DNA of 36,249 bases from a virus (lineage: Duplodnaviria; Caudoviricetes). The notes below the pieces were generated by a model. It made no database searches. It was not told the DNA's origin and worked only from the letters and a program-made list of their open reading frames with translations. The position numbers and the translations under genes are program-made. Of this stretch, positions 27,791-36,020 are shown piece by piece. Numbering within the stretch: position 1 is the first letter of the stretch; each line of letters starts with the position of its first letter. The stretch spans positions 1-36,249 of the IMG/VR virus record IMGVR_UViG_3300029183_000430; one strand, written 5' to 3'.

Positions 27791-28003
27791 ATGAAGAAAA
27801 AACAACGATTTAGCAACTTACTTCACAAAGTAGGTATTGTATGTGGTGTGGAGGTCACGCGGGAAATAGAGCAAAGCTACTGGGATGCTATCAAGGAGGT
27901 AGACTTTGACACAGTCAAGACGCTACTACTCGATGGTTTATGGTGCGGTGCTCCGTTTCCAACGCAGGAAACGATGAACGAATGGGCTGTCTGTTATGGG
28001 TGA
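27791..28003 (+). CDS. Small protein resembling the phage helicase loader/inhibitor (G39P-like) N-terminal domain
   Basis: F..LL..V....G.EV.....SYW.AI......V........FPT pattern; GAGGGGG RBS before ATG 27791. Confidence 0.5.
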   Translation: MKKKQRFSNLLHKVGIVCGVEVTREIEQSYWDAIKEVDFDTVKTLLLDGLWCGAPFPTQETMNEWAVCYG

Positions 28004-28637
28004 TGAAGAGATGATTCATAAAACACATGTTAAATGGTTTGAAAAACTAAAAACAAAAATAGCCCAAGAGATCCCCAAAACGGATTGCCAAGCGCTGTTT
28101 AATAGAATGTGCGGTATAGCCAACCGCCTAACAGATGCTGAATTTGAAAGCGTAAAAGCACAATTTCAAATGTATGTTGTCGCCCGTGTGCGAGAAGTTA
28201 TCATAGCCACTTATGAGAAACCAGCGCATGCGTGTGAAAAGCAATGTTATTGCGAGGTTGAATCGGTAGTTAGTGCCTGTGCTCAGGTGACCAATAAAGT
28301 ATTTGCACTACTGCATACGCAAAATGTTTGTGATGAGACCTGGGCCGATGCTGAAAAACTATCATTTTGTGTTGCCTGGGGTGCTCAGTTCGCAGCTACA
28401 AAAACCCAGTCATTGATTTGTTCAAGTTGTGCAGATGTCATGTGGGATGCAAGTCGGTGCGCGACAGCCGTAGCTCATATAGCCAAGAATGACGAATTTA
28501 GCCCATCAATTGCTGCAGCATGCTTGGCATGTTGCCTCACCTATTTTGAAGAGGAACAAGCAGCGCAATGGTTTAAATTGGCAAAATTACTAGCACACAA
28601 AATGGAAACGGTTAAACAAGCAAAGGAGGTCGCGTGA
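27996..28637 (+). CDS. Cys/Ala-rich helical hypothetical protein
   Basis: 213-aa ORF coupled to its neighbours. Confidence 0.7.
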   Translation: MGDEEMIHKTHVKWFEKLKTKIAQEIPKTDCQALFNRMCGIANRLTDAEFESVKAQFQMYVVARVREVIIATYEKPAHACEKQCYCEVESVVSACAQVTNKVFALLHTQNVCDETWADAEKLSFCVAWGAQFAATKTQSLICSSCADVMWDASRCATAVAHIAKNDEFSPSIAAACLACCLTYFEEEQAAQWFKLAKLLAHKMETVKQAKEVA

Positions 28638-28638
28638 C

Positions 28639-28923
28639 ATGTCCTGGATTAAACTAGCACTACCAGCACTTATTTTAACCGGCTGTGTATCTCTTCCCAA
28701 AGAAAAGAACCACCCCATGACGTGTACAGACGCGGGGCATGGGTGGGAGCGGTGTTCTAACCAAGAAATCACTATGTATCTATACTACACATTTGATGGA
28801 ACATTAGTCGTATCACACAGCCACATGACATCACGTCAGGATATTAACATGACCCCAAGTGATTTAGATGGGTTGCCATTAGTCCCACCAGGAGAAGCAT
28901 ATGAGTCATACGCAGACAAATAA
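28639..28923 (+). CDS. Small lipoprotein
   Basis: MSWIKLALPALILTGC lipobox; AAGGAGGT RBS. Confidence 0.75.
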   Translation: MSWIKLALPALILTGCVSLPKEKNHPMTCTDAGHGWERCSNQEITMYLYYTFDGTLVVSHSHMTSRQDINMTPSDLDGLPLVPPGEAYESYADK

Positions 28924-29476
28924 ACCAGAAAAAGAAATAGGCGCCGATTGTAACTATTATCAAATATGTGACTTTGTGGACGTGTGCAAAGATAAGCTTA
29001 CGGAAAGCAAAGCTGAAGATTGGGCTAACGAAATGCTGTCATTAGCCAGTAAAGCAGATCTATATCGAGTAAAGAAAGAGTTTCTTATCTATGTACTAAA
29101 ATACTTAGAAGATCGGTTACCAATAACAGATATATCTACAATAGCAGAAGAATCTATACGAGATGCAACATTCTATATAACTGCCCACGCCCTTAATACG
29201 ACTAATATGCGTCTAAAAGCTAACGAAATTGTCGATAAATTTAACACCATTGTAAGTTTTGCCCGCTCAAGAGCTCGATCAATAAGCACAGCATGTTATG
29301 CGGTTCAAATGTTCGACGGGCCTTTTATGGATATAGCAAGAGTGCTAAAGGAAGCTGTTTCATGTCTTTATTCCGTTCAAATTGAAAAGAAAATTAAACC
29401 AACCGACGATTTTGAACAGGCGATATGGCAACAATTCGCCGATAAACTGCTAGAAATCATGAAGGAATCACAGTGA
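28901..29476 (+). CDS. Hypothetical helical protein
   Basis: AGGAG RBS; C-terminus WQQFADKLLEIM. Confidence 0.7.
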   Translation: MSHTQTNKPEKEIGADCNYYQICDFVDVCKDKLTESKAEDWANEMLSLASKADLYRVKKEFLIYVLKYLEDRLPITDISTIAEESIRDATFYITAHALNTTNMRLKANEIVDKFNTIVSFARSRARSISTACYAVQMFDGPFMDIARVLKEAVSCLYSVQIEKKIKPTDDFEQAIWQQFADKLLEIMKESQ

Positions 29477-29718
29477 GTGAACGTAAGTTAAAGGAAGTGC
29501 ATTGCCGTGGGTGTCGTGATGATTACTATAATAGCCATGGCAGTACATGTTGGAATTTTAAACCAGCAGAGTTTGAAGACAGCATTCTTGTGCGATTAGA
29601 CGAACGCCCACCTTACAAACAACACATTTTTAAGAAAAGGCTTAGCTGTTACCGTCGTTCAGGTTATGCAAAAATAAATCGAGAGGGGTGTAGACGAAAT
29701 GGGTGGATTGATGAATAA
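29473..29718 (+). CDS. Small Cys-containing hypothetical protein
   Basis: CRGCRDDYYN...CW...CY motif; GTGA overlap; AAGGA RBS. Confidence 0.7.
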   Translation: MSERKLKEVHCRGCRDDYYNSHGSTCWNFKPAEFEDSILVRLDERPPYKQHIFKKRLSCYRRSGYAKINREGCRRNGWIDE

Positions 29719-30010
29719 CAACACGTCCATTTCATGGATTAGCCTTAAGGACGAAAAACCACCATATGGTGAAAATGTATTCGTTTGTAATGTTAATGAT
29801 AAGAAACTAGAAACCAAAGAAGCTACATTAATTCAAAGTCAATTTTGTACATCGAAAGGCTATTACGATGTATGGGATGTATGGATTGATTGTTATGGCG
29901 GTATTTACGAGCCGGTTACGAAATATGACGACTCCTATGATAACTATAAAGACTATGAATTTACCCATTGGGCACCAATAATTAAACCACCTGCCAAGGA
30001 CTCCAAATGA
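29711..30010 (+). CDS. DUF551-like protein
   Basis: WISLKDEKP ... THWAPIIKPP signature. Confidence 0.75.
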   Translation: MNNNTSISWISLKDEKPPYGENVFVCNVNDKKLETKEATLIQSQFCTSKGYYDVWDVWIDCYGGIYEPVTKYDDSYDNYKDYEFTHWAPIIKPPAKDSK

Positions 30011-30315
30011 GCACACGATTCTTAGTCGCTTGCTCAATGGCGTTTTTATTCATGCGTTGCGAGGTGGGTTTGGCAAGTAAACAGGTCCGCCCTGGGCATA
30101 GCGTCCAATATGTATGCTTGAAATATACTACATGCCCGCCAGGTTCGCTCTGCCCCCTCCCCCGGTGCGAAATACGTGGCAGGATTGAAGTGAAATACCA
30201 TGACGAGGTTGTCGCGGTTTATGACCGCAAAACCCAGCGTTGGATTAAGAAAGACAAAGACAAAGCGCTCGATGCGTTGTTGTCCGTGGTTTATCATTTT
30301 GGAGAGGTGCAATGA
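30007..30315 (+). CDS. Hypothetical exported/membrane protein, paralogue of 2126..2455
   Basis: Signal-like N-terminus; IEVKYHDEVVAVYDRKTQRW. Confidence 0.65.
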   Translation: MSTRFLVACSMAFLFMRCEVGLASKQVRPGHSVQYVCLKYTTCPPGSLCPLPRCEIRGRIEVKYHDEVVAVYDRKTQRWIKKDKDKALDALLSVVYHFGEVQ

Positions 30316-30614
30316 TTTACATCAGAGAAAAAAGAGACACTTTACTGGATTTAATGAAGGATGTCGAAAAAGCTTTATATGAGGTTCGACAACAGTATTT
30401 TGGCACACCATCCGTCGCTGTGAGATGGGAAAATCTACGGTGTGTTGAAGCGGGGTTTATTCTAACTAAAAACGAAATAACTAACAAAGAAGATGAGAAG
30501 CATTATGTTTTGATAAAAGATGCAGCCCCGGCAAACCCAATTCTTCATCAAAGAATAAGGACTTGGGTTCAAGACCACGAATGCGGAAATGTAGAAGTCA
30601 GAACGTCGTGGTGA
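30312..30614 (+). CDS. Hypothetical protein, paralogue of 30977..31291
   Basis: GGAGAGG RBS; ATGA coupling; C-terminal VEVRTSW. Confidence 0.7.
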   Translation: MIYIREKRDTLLDLMKDVEKALYEVRQQYFGTPSVAVRWENLRCVEAGFILTKNEITNKEDEKHYVLIKDAAPANPILHQRIRTWVQDHECGNVEVRTSW

Positions 30615-30618
30615 TGAA

Positions 30619-30984
30619 ATGAAGCCTTTATATAAGCACGAATATTACCCAGGTCATTATAACGGCAGCGCGATAGAACGCTATAGTTATATGGTTGTGT
30701 TTTCAAAAGGTGCAATAAATATTTGGGCCAAGAAATGGCACGAAATGGGCGGAAGAATGGAGTTGGTAGGTGGTGTTGAATACCATTATAGAAAGTGCCC
30801 AGATTATATGCGGAATGAAGCGCCATCACACGAATACTGCAAATTACTAAAAGCGCCGTGCTGGCATGAAGGGTCAAGTTTGATGTTTTTTGAGAATAAA
30901 GCGTTACAAAACGCAATAAAGAACGCAAACCATAACCACGTATTCGCTGAATTGAAGGAACTACTAGCATCTTGGGATGGTTGA
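30619..30984 (+). CDS. Hypothetical protein
   Basis: GGVEYHYR...C.LL.APCWHEGSSL motif; packed in the operon. Confidence 0.7.
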   Translation: MKPLYKHEYYPGHYNGSAIERYSYMVVFSKGAINIWAKKWHEMGGRMELVGGVEYHYRKCPDYMRNEAPSHEYCKLLKAPCWHEGSSLMFFENKALQNAIKNANHNHVFAELKELLASWDG

Positions 30985-31291
30985 AATGAACCCGTTTATA
31001 AGCAAACTCCAACCATTACCGATAGCACAAAAAACTATCTTACGTGACCTCATTGTAGCCACAAATGCAATTCTTGATGATATTGGTAAAGACGATGAAT
31101 CGCCGCACGCAAGGTCCGCCTCTACATGCTATGCTTATGAGGCCGGCATTATATGGTGTTCCAGCAACGACATATTTTTAACCGTAAGGGTTGATGGGTG
31201 GTCACCAACAGACGACGGTTACAAAGCATTAATTCGTAAAAAGCTGGTAGAAAGGGGCTGGGGCGTTGTTGATGTCGTGGTAGAGTGGTGA
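30977..31291 (+). CDS. Hypothetical protein, paralogue of 30312..30614
   Basis: YEAG motif; C-terminal VDVVVEW. Confidence 0.7.
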   Translation: MVEMNPFISKLQPLPIAQKTILRDLIVATNAILDDIGKDDESPHARSASTCYAYEAGIIWCSSNDIFLTVRVDGWSPTDDGYKALIRKKLVERGWGVVDVVVEW

Positions 31292-31437
31292 TGAGTAAGT
31301 TAGAATTAATAGAGGGCGCTGTTCGTTTAATCTTTATTATTTATTTGGTATGGATAATATGTGACCTCGTTTTAGACAAGTATCGCGATTTCAAATATAG
31401 CATACGAATTAAAAAAGTGCAGAAAACGGATGATTGA
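31291..31437 (+). CDS. Small single-TM protein (48 aa, MSKLELIEGAVRLIFIIYLVWIICDLVLDKY...), not in the ORF track
   Basis: TGATG coupling to the upstream gene; one TM helix plus basic tail. Confidence 0.65.
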   Translation: MSKLELIEGAVRLIFIIYLVWIICDLVLDKYRDFKYSIRIKKVQKTDD

Positions 31438-31445
31438 GTAGATCA

Positions 31446-31606
31446 ATGTGCAAGTTACAATTAATAGGCGATATTGGTGTTCTGGTGGTTGTTTCTATTC
31501 TTTTTTTATGGTGTTTGATATACTTTTCGAAACGTACTTTTCCTTAAAAAAGAGTTACCGTGAGCATGATACAAAAACAAAGCAGATTTCCGATGATGAA
31601 GATTAG
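31446..31606 (+). CDS. Small single-TM protein split by a T-TTT-TTA site (0-frame stop 31545-31547; -1 frame stop 31604-31606)
   Basis: MCKLQLIGDIGVLVVVSILF plus -1 frame MVFDILFETYFSLKKSYREH...DDED together resemble 31291..31437. Confidence 0.45.
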
Positions 31607-31925
31607 AAAGATAACGGGAAGTTGGATACCAAGGCTCATGAAAGCAGACGCTGTCACTATCTATCCCTTCGTGTTCTTTGCCTCTAAAACCCCATCAAAT
31701 GACCTACAACGACACGAGTGGATACATGTGCTACAAATCAGAGAGAAGGGCTTGACATCATTTTATCTCGACTATTTTAGACAATACCTTTTACTCCGAC
31801 TCAAAGGCAAGTCTCACGCCGTAGCCTACCACGGCATTACCTACGAACAAGAAGCCTACGCCAGACAAAACGACACGCGTATTGCTGTCGGTTTTAACGA
31901 CACATCAGACACATACCCGACCTAA
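31593..31925 (+). CDS. Small HExxH zinc metallopeptidase-like protein
   Basis: AVTIYPFVF, RHEWIHVLQ, YEQEAY. Start is more likely ATG 31593/31596 than GTG 31560. Confidence 0.75.
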   Translation: MMKIRKITGSWIPRLMKADAVTIYPFVFFASKTPSNDLQRHEWIHVLQIREKGLTSFYLDYFRQYLLLRLKGKSHAVAYHGITYEQEAYARQNDTRIAVGFNDTSDTYPT

Positions 31926-31934
31926 ATAATAATC

Positions 31935-32002
31935 GCGAATACGCAAATAATTACTTGACACCTTAGGGCATCTATGAGACGCTCAATTTATCGCGAATAC
32001 GC
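31935..32002 (+). promoter_or_regulatory. Second early promoter bracketed by two GCGAATACGC operators
   Basis: Operators at 31935-31944 and 31993-32002; TTGACA at 31955-31960. Confidence 0.8.
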
Positions 32003-32021
32003 GAGTTGATTGGAGGGTGTT

Positions 32022-32297
32022 ATGGCAACAAGGTATCGATGGAAGAATGAGATAGTGCAAGCAAAGCGAATGTTACCGCCGGAGGGGTCGGATAAGGTGC
32101 ATACGTCGGTATTTGAGGATTCCCCTGTATGGCTTATCATTAATATACCCCATGGTAAGCTTGTGGCTCCGGAGGGTCATTGGCTGGTGCGCACGTCAGC
32201 AGGCAAGTATTATACGTTGAGTCACGAAGCATTTATGCGGCATTTTCAGGAGGTTGAGTATACTGGAAGTGACGCAAAAACGGCTAAGTTAGGTTAG
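32022..32297 (+). CDS. PGDYG-like phage protein
   Basis: PHG...APEGHWLVR..AGKYY......F...F pattern; GGAGGG RBS. Confidence 0.6.
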   Translation: MATRYRWKNEIVQAKRMLPPEGSDKVHTSVFEDSPVWLIINIPHGKLVAPEGHWLVRTSAGKYYTLSHEAFMRHFQEVEYTGSDAKTAKLG

Positions 32298-32318
32298 CAA
32301 CACCAAAGGAGAGCAAAA

Positions 32319-33005
32319 ATGGAAACAAACAAACAGGATGGCGCAAGTCGTATTGCGTTATTGAACAAAATCCAAAAAATCACAAAAGACATTAGTGGGG
32401 TGCCTAAAAGCGGCAAAAACGTTGCCCAAAACTACAAATACGTAACGGAAAGCGATGTGTTGGAAGTAGTTCGTAAAGCATGTATTAAGCATGGGGTTAT
32501 TGTAACCCCTACAATGAAGCACATAGAGCATAAGCAAAGTATTAAAGGAACGACGCTTTTGACCCATATTATCATGAGTTATTGCATTTCGGATGTAGAT
32601 ACCGGCGCCTTTATCGTTGTGGATATTCCGGGTACAGGCATGGACCCGGGTGATAAGGGAGTGTATAAGGCGCTTACCGGTTCATACAAATATTTTTGCC
32701 TGCGAACCTTTATGATTCCATCCGGTGATGACCCAGAACGCGATAGCGAACCAAAATCATCGGAGCCCCCGTATTACCAGTCATATCAACCAAACTATCA
32801 AAAAAGCGGGCCATCAAAACAACCTGGCGTAATTTCAGACAAACAACGTGGTTTTTTGTTTGGTTTGGCAAAACAGCACGGCTGGACAGATGACGCGCTT
32901 AAAGCACTAATAAAGCAAAACTATAAGGTGTTGAGCTCAAAAGACCTACCAAAAAGCGTGTTTAACGACTTAATCGCAATTGTTGAGAAAGGACCCATCG
33001 AATGA
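32319..33005 (+). CDS. erf: ERF-family single-strand annealing protein
   Basis: KSGKN..QNYKY, GMDPGDKGVYKALTGSYKY.....F.I..GDDPE; C-terminal ISDKQ domain. Confidence 0.9.
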   Translation: METNKQDGASRIALLNKIQKITKDISGVPKSGKNVAQNYKYVTESDVLEVVRKACIKHGVIVTPTMKHIEHKQSIKGTTLLTHIIMSYCISDVDTGAFIVVDIPGTGMDPGDKGVYKALTGSYKYFCLRTFMIPSGDDPERDSEPKSSEPPYYQSYQPNYQKSGPSKQPGVISDKQRGFLFGLAKQHGWTDDALKALIKQNYKVLSSKDLPKSVFNDLIAIVEKGPIE

Positions 33006-33397
33006 CCAAAGAAAAAGAAAAAAAGAAGATAGATGCACGCGATGAGGCGTGGTTTGAGGTTCATCAACTAAGCATTCCGGAGGTAGAGTATGAGTTTCAT
33101 CTCTACCGCAAGTGGCGCTTAGATTATGCCTGGCCCGAAGAAAAGATAGCATTGGAAAAAGAGGGGCTATTTCGCACGGGAGGAGCAAGAGGCGTTACAG
33201 GCCATACCAGTGTAAAAGGTGTGATGCGGGACATAGAGAAGTACAACGAAGCAGCCTTAGATGGTTGGCTACTGATACGTCGACCTGCCCACATTTTTTA
33301 CCAGGTTGAAACCATCGATATACTCAAACGAGCGTTTCATGCAAGAAAAGTACAAAAACTTGCGAATACGCTTGACAACCATTTAAACAAAGGTTAG
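33002..33397 (+). CDS. PD-(D/E)xK endonuclease (Vsr/DUF559-like)
   Basis: EYEFH..RKWRLDYAWP..KIALE.EG...GH....G..RD.EKYNEA...GW...R. Confidence 0.85.
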   Translation: MTKEKEKKKIDARDEAWFEVHQLSIPEVEYEFHLYRKWRLDYAWPEEKIALEKEGLFRTGGARGVTGHTSVKGVMRDIEKYNEAALDGWLLIRRPAHIFYQVETIDILKRAFHARKVQKLANTLDNHLNKG

Positions 33398-33400
33398 TAT
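33362..33400 (+). promoter_or_regulatory. Promoter with GCGAATACGC operator abutting the -35 box
   Basis: Operator 33362-33371, TTGACA 33372-33377, 17-bp spacer, TAGTAT 33395-33400. Confidence 0.8.
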
Positions 33401-33443
33401 AAGAATACGGGAGAATCATCTTTAGGTGATAAGGAGAGCGACA

Positions 33444-33719
33444 ATGAGAAAACGATACAGCGAAAAGAAGAAGCGTCAAATAGTAAAGGAATTTCAAGAA
33501 GGTGCGACGATAGCGGAGTTACGTAAGCGCTACAAAATAGGAAACTCGACGCTTTATGCGTGGCATAAGAAATATATGGAACAAGCATCTAAAGTCACAA
33601 ACAACGGGCGCGATAACGCCGAGCGAATTAAACAGCTAGAGCATGAAAACATTAGACTTAGGGTTGCGGTTGTTGATTTACTTTTAAAATGTCAAACGCT
33701 GGAATCGCTGAGGAGATAG
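33444..33719 (+). CDS. IS3-family OrfA-like HTH + leucine zipper protein (no OrfB)
   Basis: RKRYSEKKKRQIV...GATIAELRKRYKIGNSTLYAW...RIKQLEHEN.RL; AAGGAG RBS before ATG 33444. Confidence 0.8.
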   Translation: MRKRYSEKKKRQIVKEFQEGATIAELRKRYKIGNSTLYAWHKKYMEQASKVTNNGRDNAERIKQLEHENIRLRVAVVDLLLKCQTLESLRR

Positions 33720-33732
33720 GTAAAAACACAAT

Positions 33733-33942
33733 ATGAGTCAAAGAGAACTAAAAACATTGAAAGAGTGCCGGTCATCGCAAAACATGACAGCAAAAGATGT
33801 TGCTAATACGATAGGTGTGAGTGAATCCACCATTTACCGGTATGAATCGCAGCACATGGAACCAACCATAAGCAGGGTGTATCAGCTGAAGCGGTTATTT
33901 CCCCAGCTTGATACATCGACACTAATGAGAAGAATCATCTAA
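33733..33942 (+). CDS. XRE/Cro-like HTH transcription regulator
   Basis: LKECR....MTAKDVA..IGVSESTIYRYE....EP. Confidence 0.9.
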   Translation: MSQRELKTLKECRSSQNMTAKDVANTIGVSESTIYRYESQHMEPTISRVYQLKRLFPQLDTSTLMRRII

Positions 33943-33960
33943 AGATGATGCGAGGAGAGC

Positions 33961-34185
33961 GTGATGATGGAAACAGCAACAGATAATAACAAAGAACGAG
34001 TCAAGCCTGTAAAGCCGGTTGACCATGCGTGCCGTGCATGTGAAGGACAAGGATTGGTCGAAACACAAGTTCCAGTCCAGTGGTGTGGCATCGAAAACGG
34101 AACACTGGTTCCCAAGATAAGTATTAGTAATTGTTATAATCCGTGTTTGGTGTGCAGCGGAACGGGGCGGATCGCATTTTGCTAA
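33961..34185 (+). CDS. Small zinc-finger protein (DnaJ-type CxxCxGxG x2)
   Basis: CRACEGQG and CLVCSGTG; GAGGAG RBS. Confidence 0.75.
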   Translation: MMMETATDNNKERVKPVKPVDHACRACEGQGLVETQVPVQWCGIENGTLVPKISISNCYNPCLVCSGTGRIAFC

Positions 34186-34228
34186 TTTTTAATTGTAACC
34201 ATTTGAATATTATGTATATGGTTTGCCA

Positions 34229-34305
34229 GAAGGCCCTCTGTTTATTCATAACGACCGTCCCGCTCTCTAGTTATGACTCAACACAACACGCAGCAGGGGG
34301 CCTTC
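34229..34305 (+). other. Long intergenic stem-loop
   Basis: GAAGGCCCTCTGT/GCAGGGGGCCTTC outer helix with inner TCATAAC/GTTATGA helix. Confidence 0.55.
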
Positions 34306-34329
34306 ATCATCTTTAGATGATTGTTTGTT

Positions 34330-34674
34330 ATGTCGTACAAAACCAATCTATCTCTGGATGACCAAACACCACACGCTATTATTATTAATAATACGTACTA
34401 TCGTGTTTTAGCAGAAGGGCCTAAAATATCAAACCCTGAGCTACTGCATCTTGAACCACGCCAATTCTACATCTTAAGCTCTAAAAAAATAGAACATCGA
34501 CTCATAATAACCAACAAAGGAACAGGGTTTTTTTATGGTTACTATTACGACGACCAAGGCAACGATAACGGATGGTGCACGGAAGTAGAAATCGAGCGAA
34601 TTGTATATAAAAATGCCTCCGAGGGAAATGTGTATTCGGTGGCAGGAAATCGTCCCAAGGAGGCATTGAACTGA
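34330..34674 (+). CDS. Hypothetical protein
   Basis: ORF with TGATG coupling to the next gene; start uncertain (34321 or 34330). Confidence 0.55.
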   Translation: MSYKTNLSLDDQTPHAIIINNTYYRVLAEGPKISNPELLHLEPRQFYILSSKKIEHRLIITNKGTGFFYGYYYDDQGNDNGWCTEVEIERIVYKNASEGNVYSVAGNRPKEALN

Positions 34675-34931
34675 TGAAGTTTAAAGTGTATAAAGGAACA
34701 GGTAGCCAAACACAAGCAAAAAGTAACAAAAAACGACTGAAAATATTATCTTCTCAGTCCGTCCCATACCACCCCAACCAAAGGCGCCGGACATCCACGG
34801 CGCTTTTGGATACCATGATACCTTTACTAGGCGTCATCGTATTAATCCTAACAGCAGTGATTGTTATCAATCAGATTGAACGACTTGTTTTAGACCAGTA
34901 TACCATACCCGTCTATCATGTTGTCGACTAG
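34674..34931 (+). CDS. Small basic protein with one TM helix
   Basis: AAGGAGG RBS; IPLLGVIVLILTAVIVI. Confidence 0.7.
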   Translation: MKFKVYKGTGSQTQAKSNKKRLKILSSQSVPYHPNQRRRTSTALLDTMIPLLGVIVLILTAVIVINQIERLVLDQYTIPVYHVVD

Positions 34932-35217
34932 CGCTACACGACGCGAATCCTGGGAAGCCACACAACCAACCCTACCTAAACGCCGTGAAGAGGTTTACGC
35001 ACTTCTTCAAAAACACTCTCAAGGTCTAAGCGCCTGGCAAATAGCTCGTTATCTTAATCGTGACGTCTATACCGTGAGACCTCGTATCACCGAGCTCTAT
35101 AATATGGGTATCATTGAATGCACAGGTAAACGCTTTGAACCTAAAACCAACCGAAAAGAAGCCGTGTGGAGCCTTCCTAAACAGCGACTCAAAGAAAGAC
35201 AATTTGAGTTGTTTTAA
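34918..35217 (+). CDS. Winged-helix DNA-binding protein
   Basis: GLSAWQIA..L......VRPRITEL...G.I...G.R.....R...VW. Confidence 0.8.
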   Translation: MLSTSATRRESWEATQPTLPKRREEVYALLQKHSQGLSAWQIARYLNRDVYTVRPRITELYNMGIIECTGKRFEPKTNRKEAVWSLPKQRLKERQFELF

Positions 35218-35226
35218 CACACCCCC

Positions 35227-35235
35227 TGTGGATAA
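35227..35235 (-). promoter_or_regulatory. Consensus DnaA box at the start of a 540-bp non-coding region (candidate origin)
   Basis: TGTGGATAA is the reverse complement of TTATCCACA; single copy. Confidence 0.45.
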
Positions 35236-35621
35236 CTTTTGTAACCTATTGATTTTTCGTAACGAACAGTTGACTGTATTTAACACATGAAACAGGTGCC
35301 ATGATAACGACAAATGTAGTTTACGGTTTCATCTGGTGTTATTTAGTACACTTATTAATTACAGCTTTGCTTAAAGTCCCAGAAATGTACGTGGAGGTTT
35401 TAAAAATAGTTCGTAGTAGTTAGCAGCATCAAGATTAACGGTCCCCTGGCTCCTTGCGGGCCGGGACCTATCTTGCTGCTTATATGTGCTTTGTTAAAAG
35501 GAAAGCGTTTTTGGTTTAGAGGATAGTACGTTGTCTCTTTCTTCAAAGTTTTGTAGCTCTCTTTACTAGGCCCCTAACTCCAGTTCGAAGTACGTACCTC
35601 TTTATAAAAAACCATGTCAAG

Positions 35622-35664
35622 TGACAATTTGTCAAAATCGAAAAAAAACCATGACATTTTGTCA
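35622..35664. repeat. Two TGACA-N3-TGTCA palindromes 30 bp apart
   Basis: 35622-35634 and 35652-35664; AAAAACCATG also repeated nearby. Confidence 0.7.
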
Positions 35665-35756
35665 CTGCTCGGTAACTACGATAAACAAAGGGTTTGCGGT
35701 TGTATAAAAAAGAATGGAGTGAGGTTTTATTATGAATGTGATAAAAGATAGGTCAA

Positions 35757-36020
35757 ATGATGACGTACGATAAGTTCAAAGAGCTGATAAAAATGGTGTT
35801 TGCTCTTGAGTCACTTAAACCATCTGAGGACATTATGATGGCATGGTGGGATACGATACCTGACGAGATTAAGGAAAAAGGTGTTTCCGAAGGCTGTGAG
35901 GCATGTGAAGATGGTCGTGTATACATGAAAGTTCGTGGAGTTACAACAATTTACCCATGCCCTTCCTGCTTTAATATCAATAACTATATCGAATCAAACA
36001 CCAAAGACGTGCTGCATTAG
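35757..36020 (+). CDS. Small protein with loader-like N-terminus and C-terminal zinc finger
   Basis: MTYDKFKELI....WWD; CEAC...CPSC. Confidence 0.6.
   Translation: MMTYDKFKELIKMVFALESLKPSEDIMMAWWDTIPDEIKEKGVSEGCEACEDGRVYMKVRGVTTIYPCPSCFNINNYIESNTKDVLH

Noticed and set aside
33426-33942. Intact IS3 insertion sequence
   Set aside because: No OrfB/DDE domain, inverted repeats or target duplication seen.
35026-35313. 95-aa minus-strand ORF
   Set aside because: Overlaps the wHTH gene antisense; no recognisable features.
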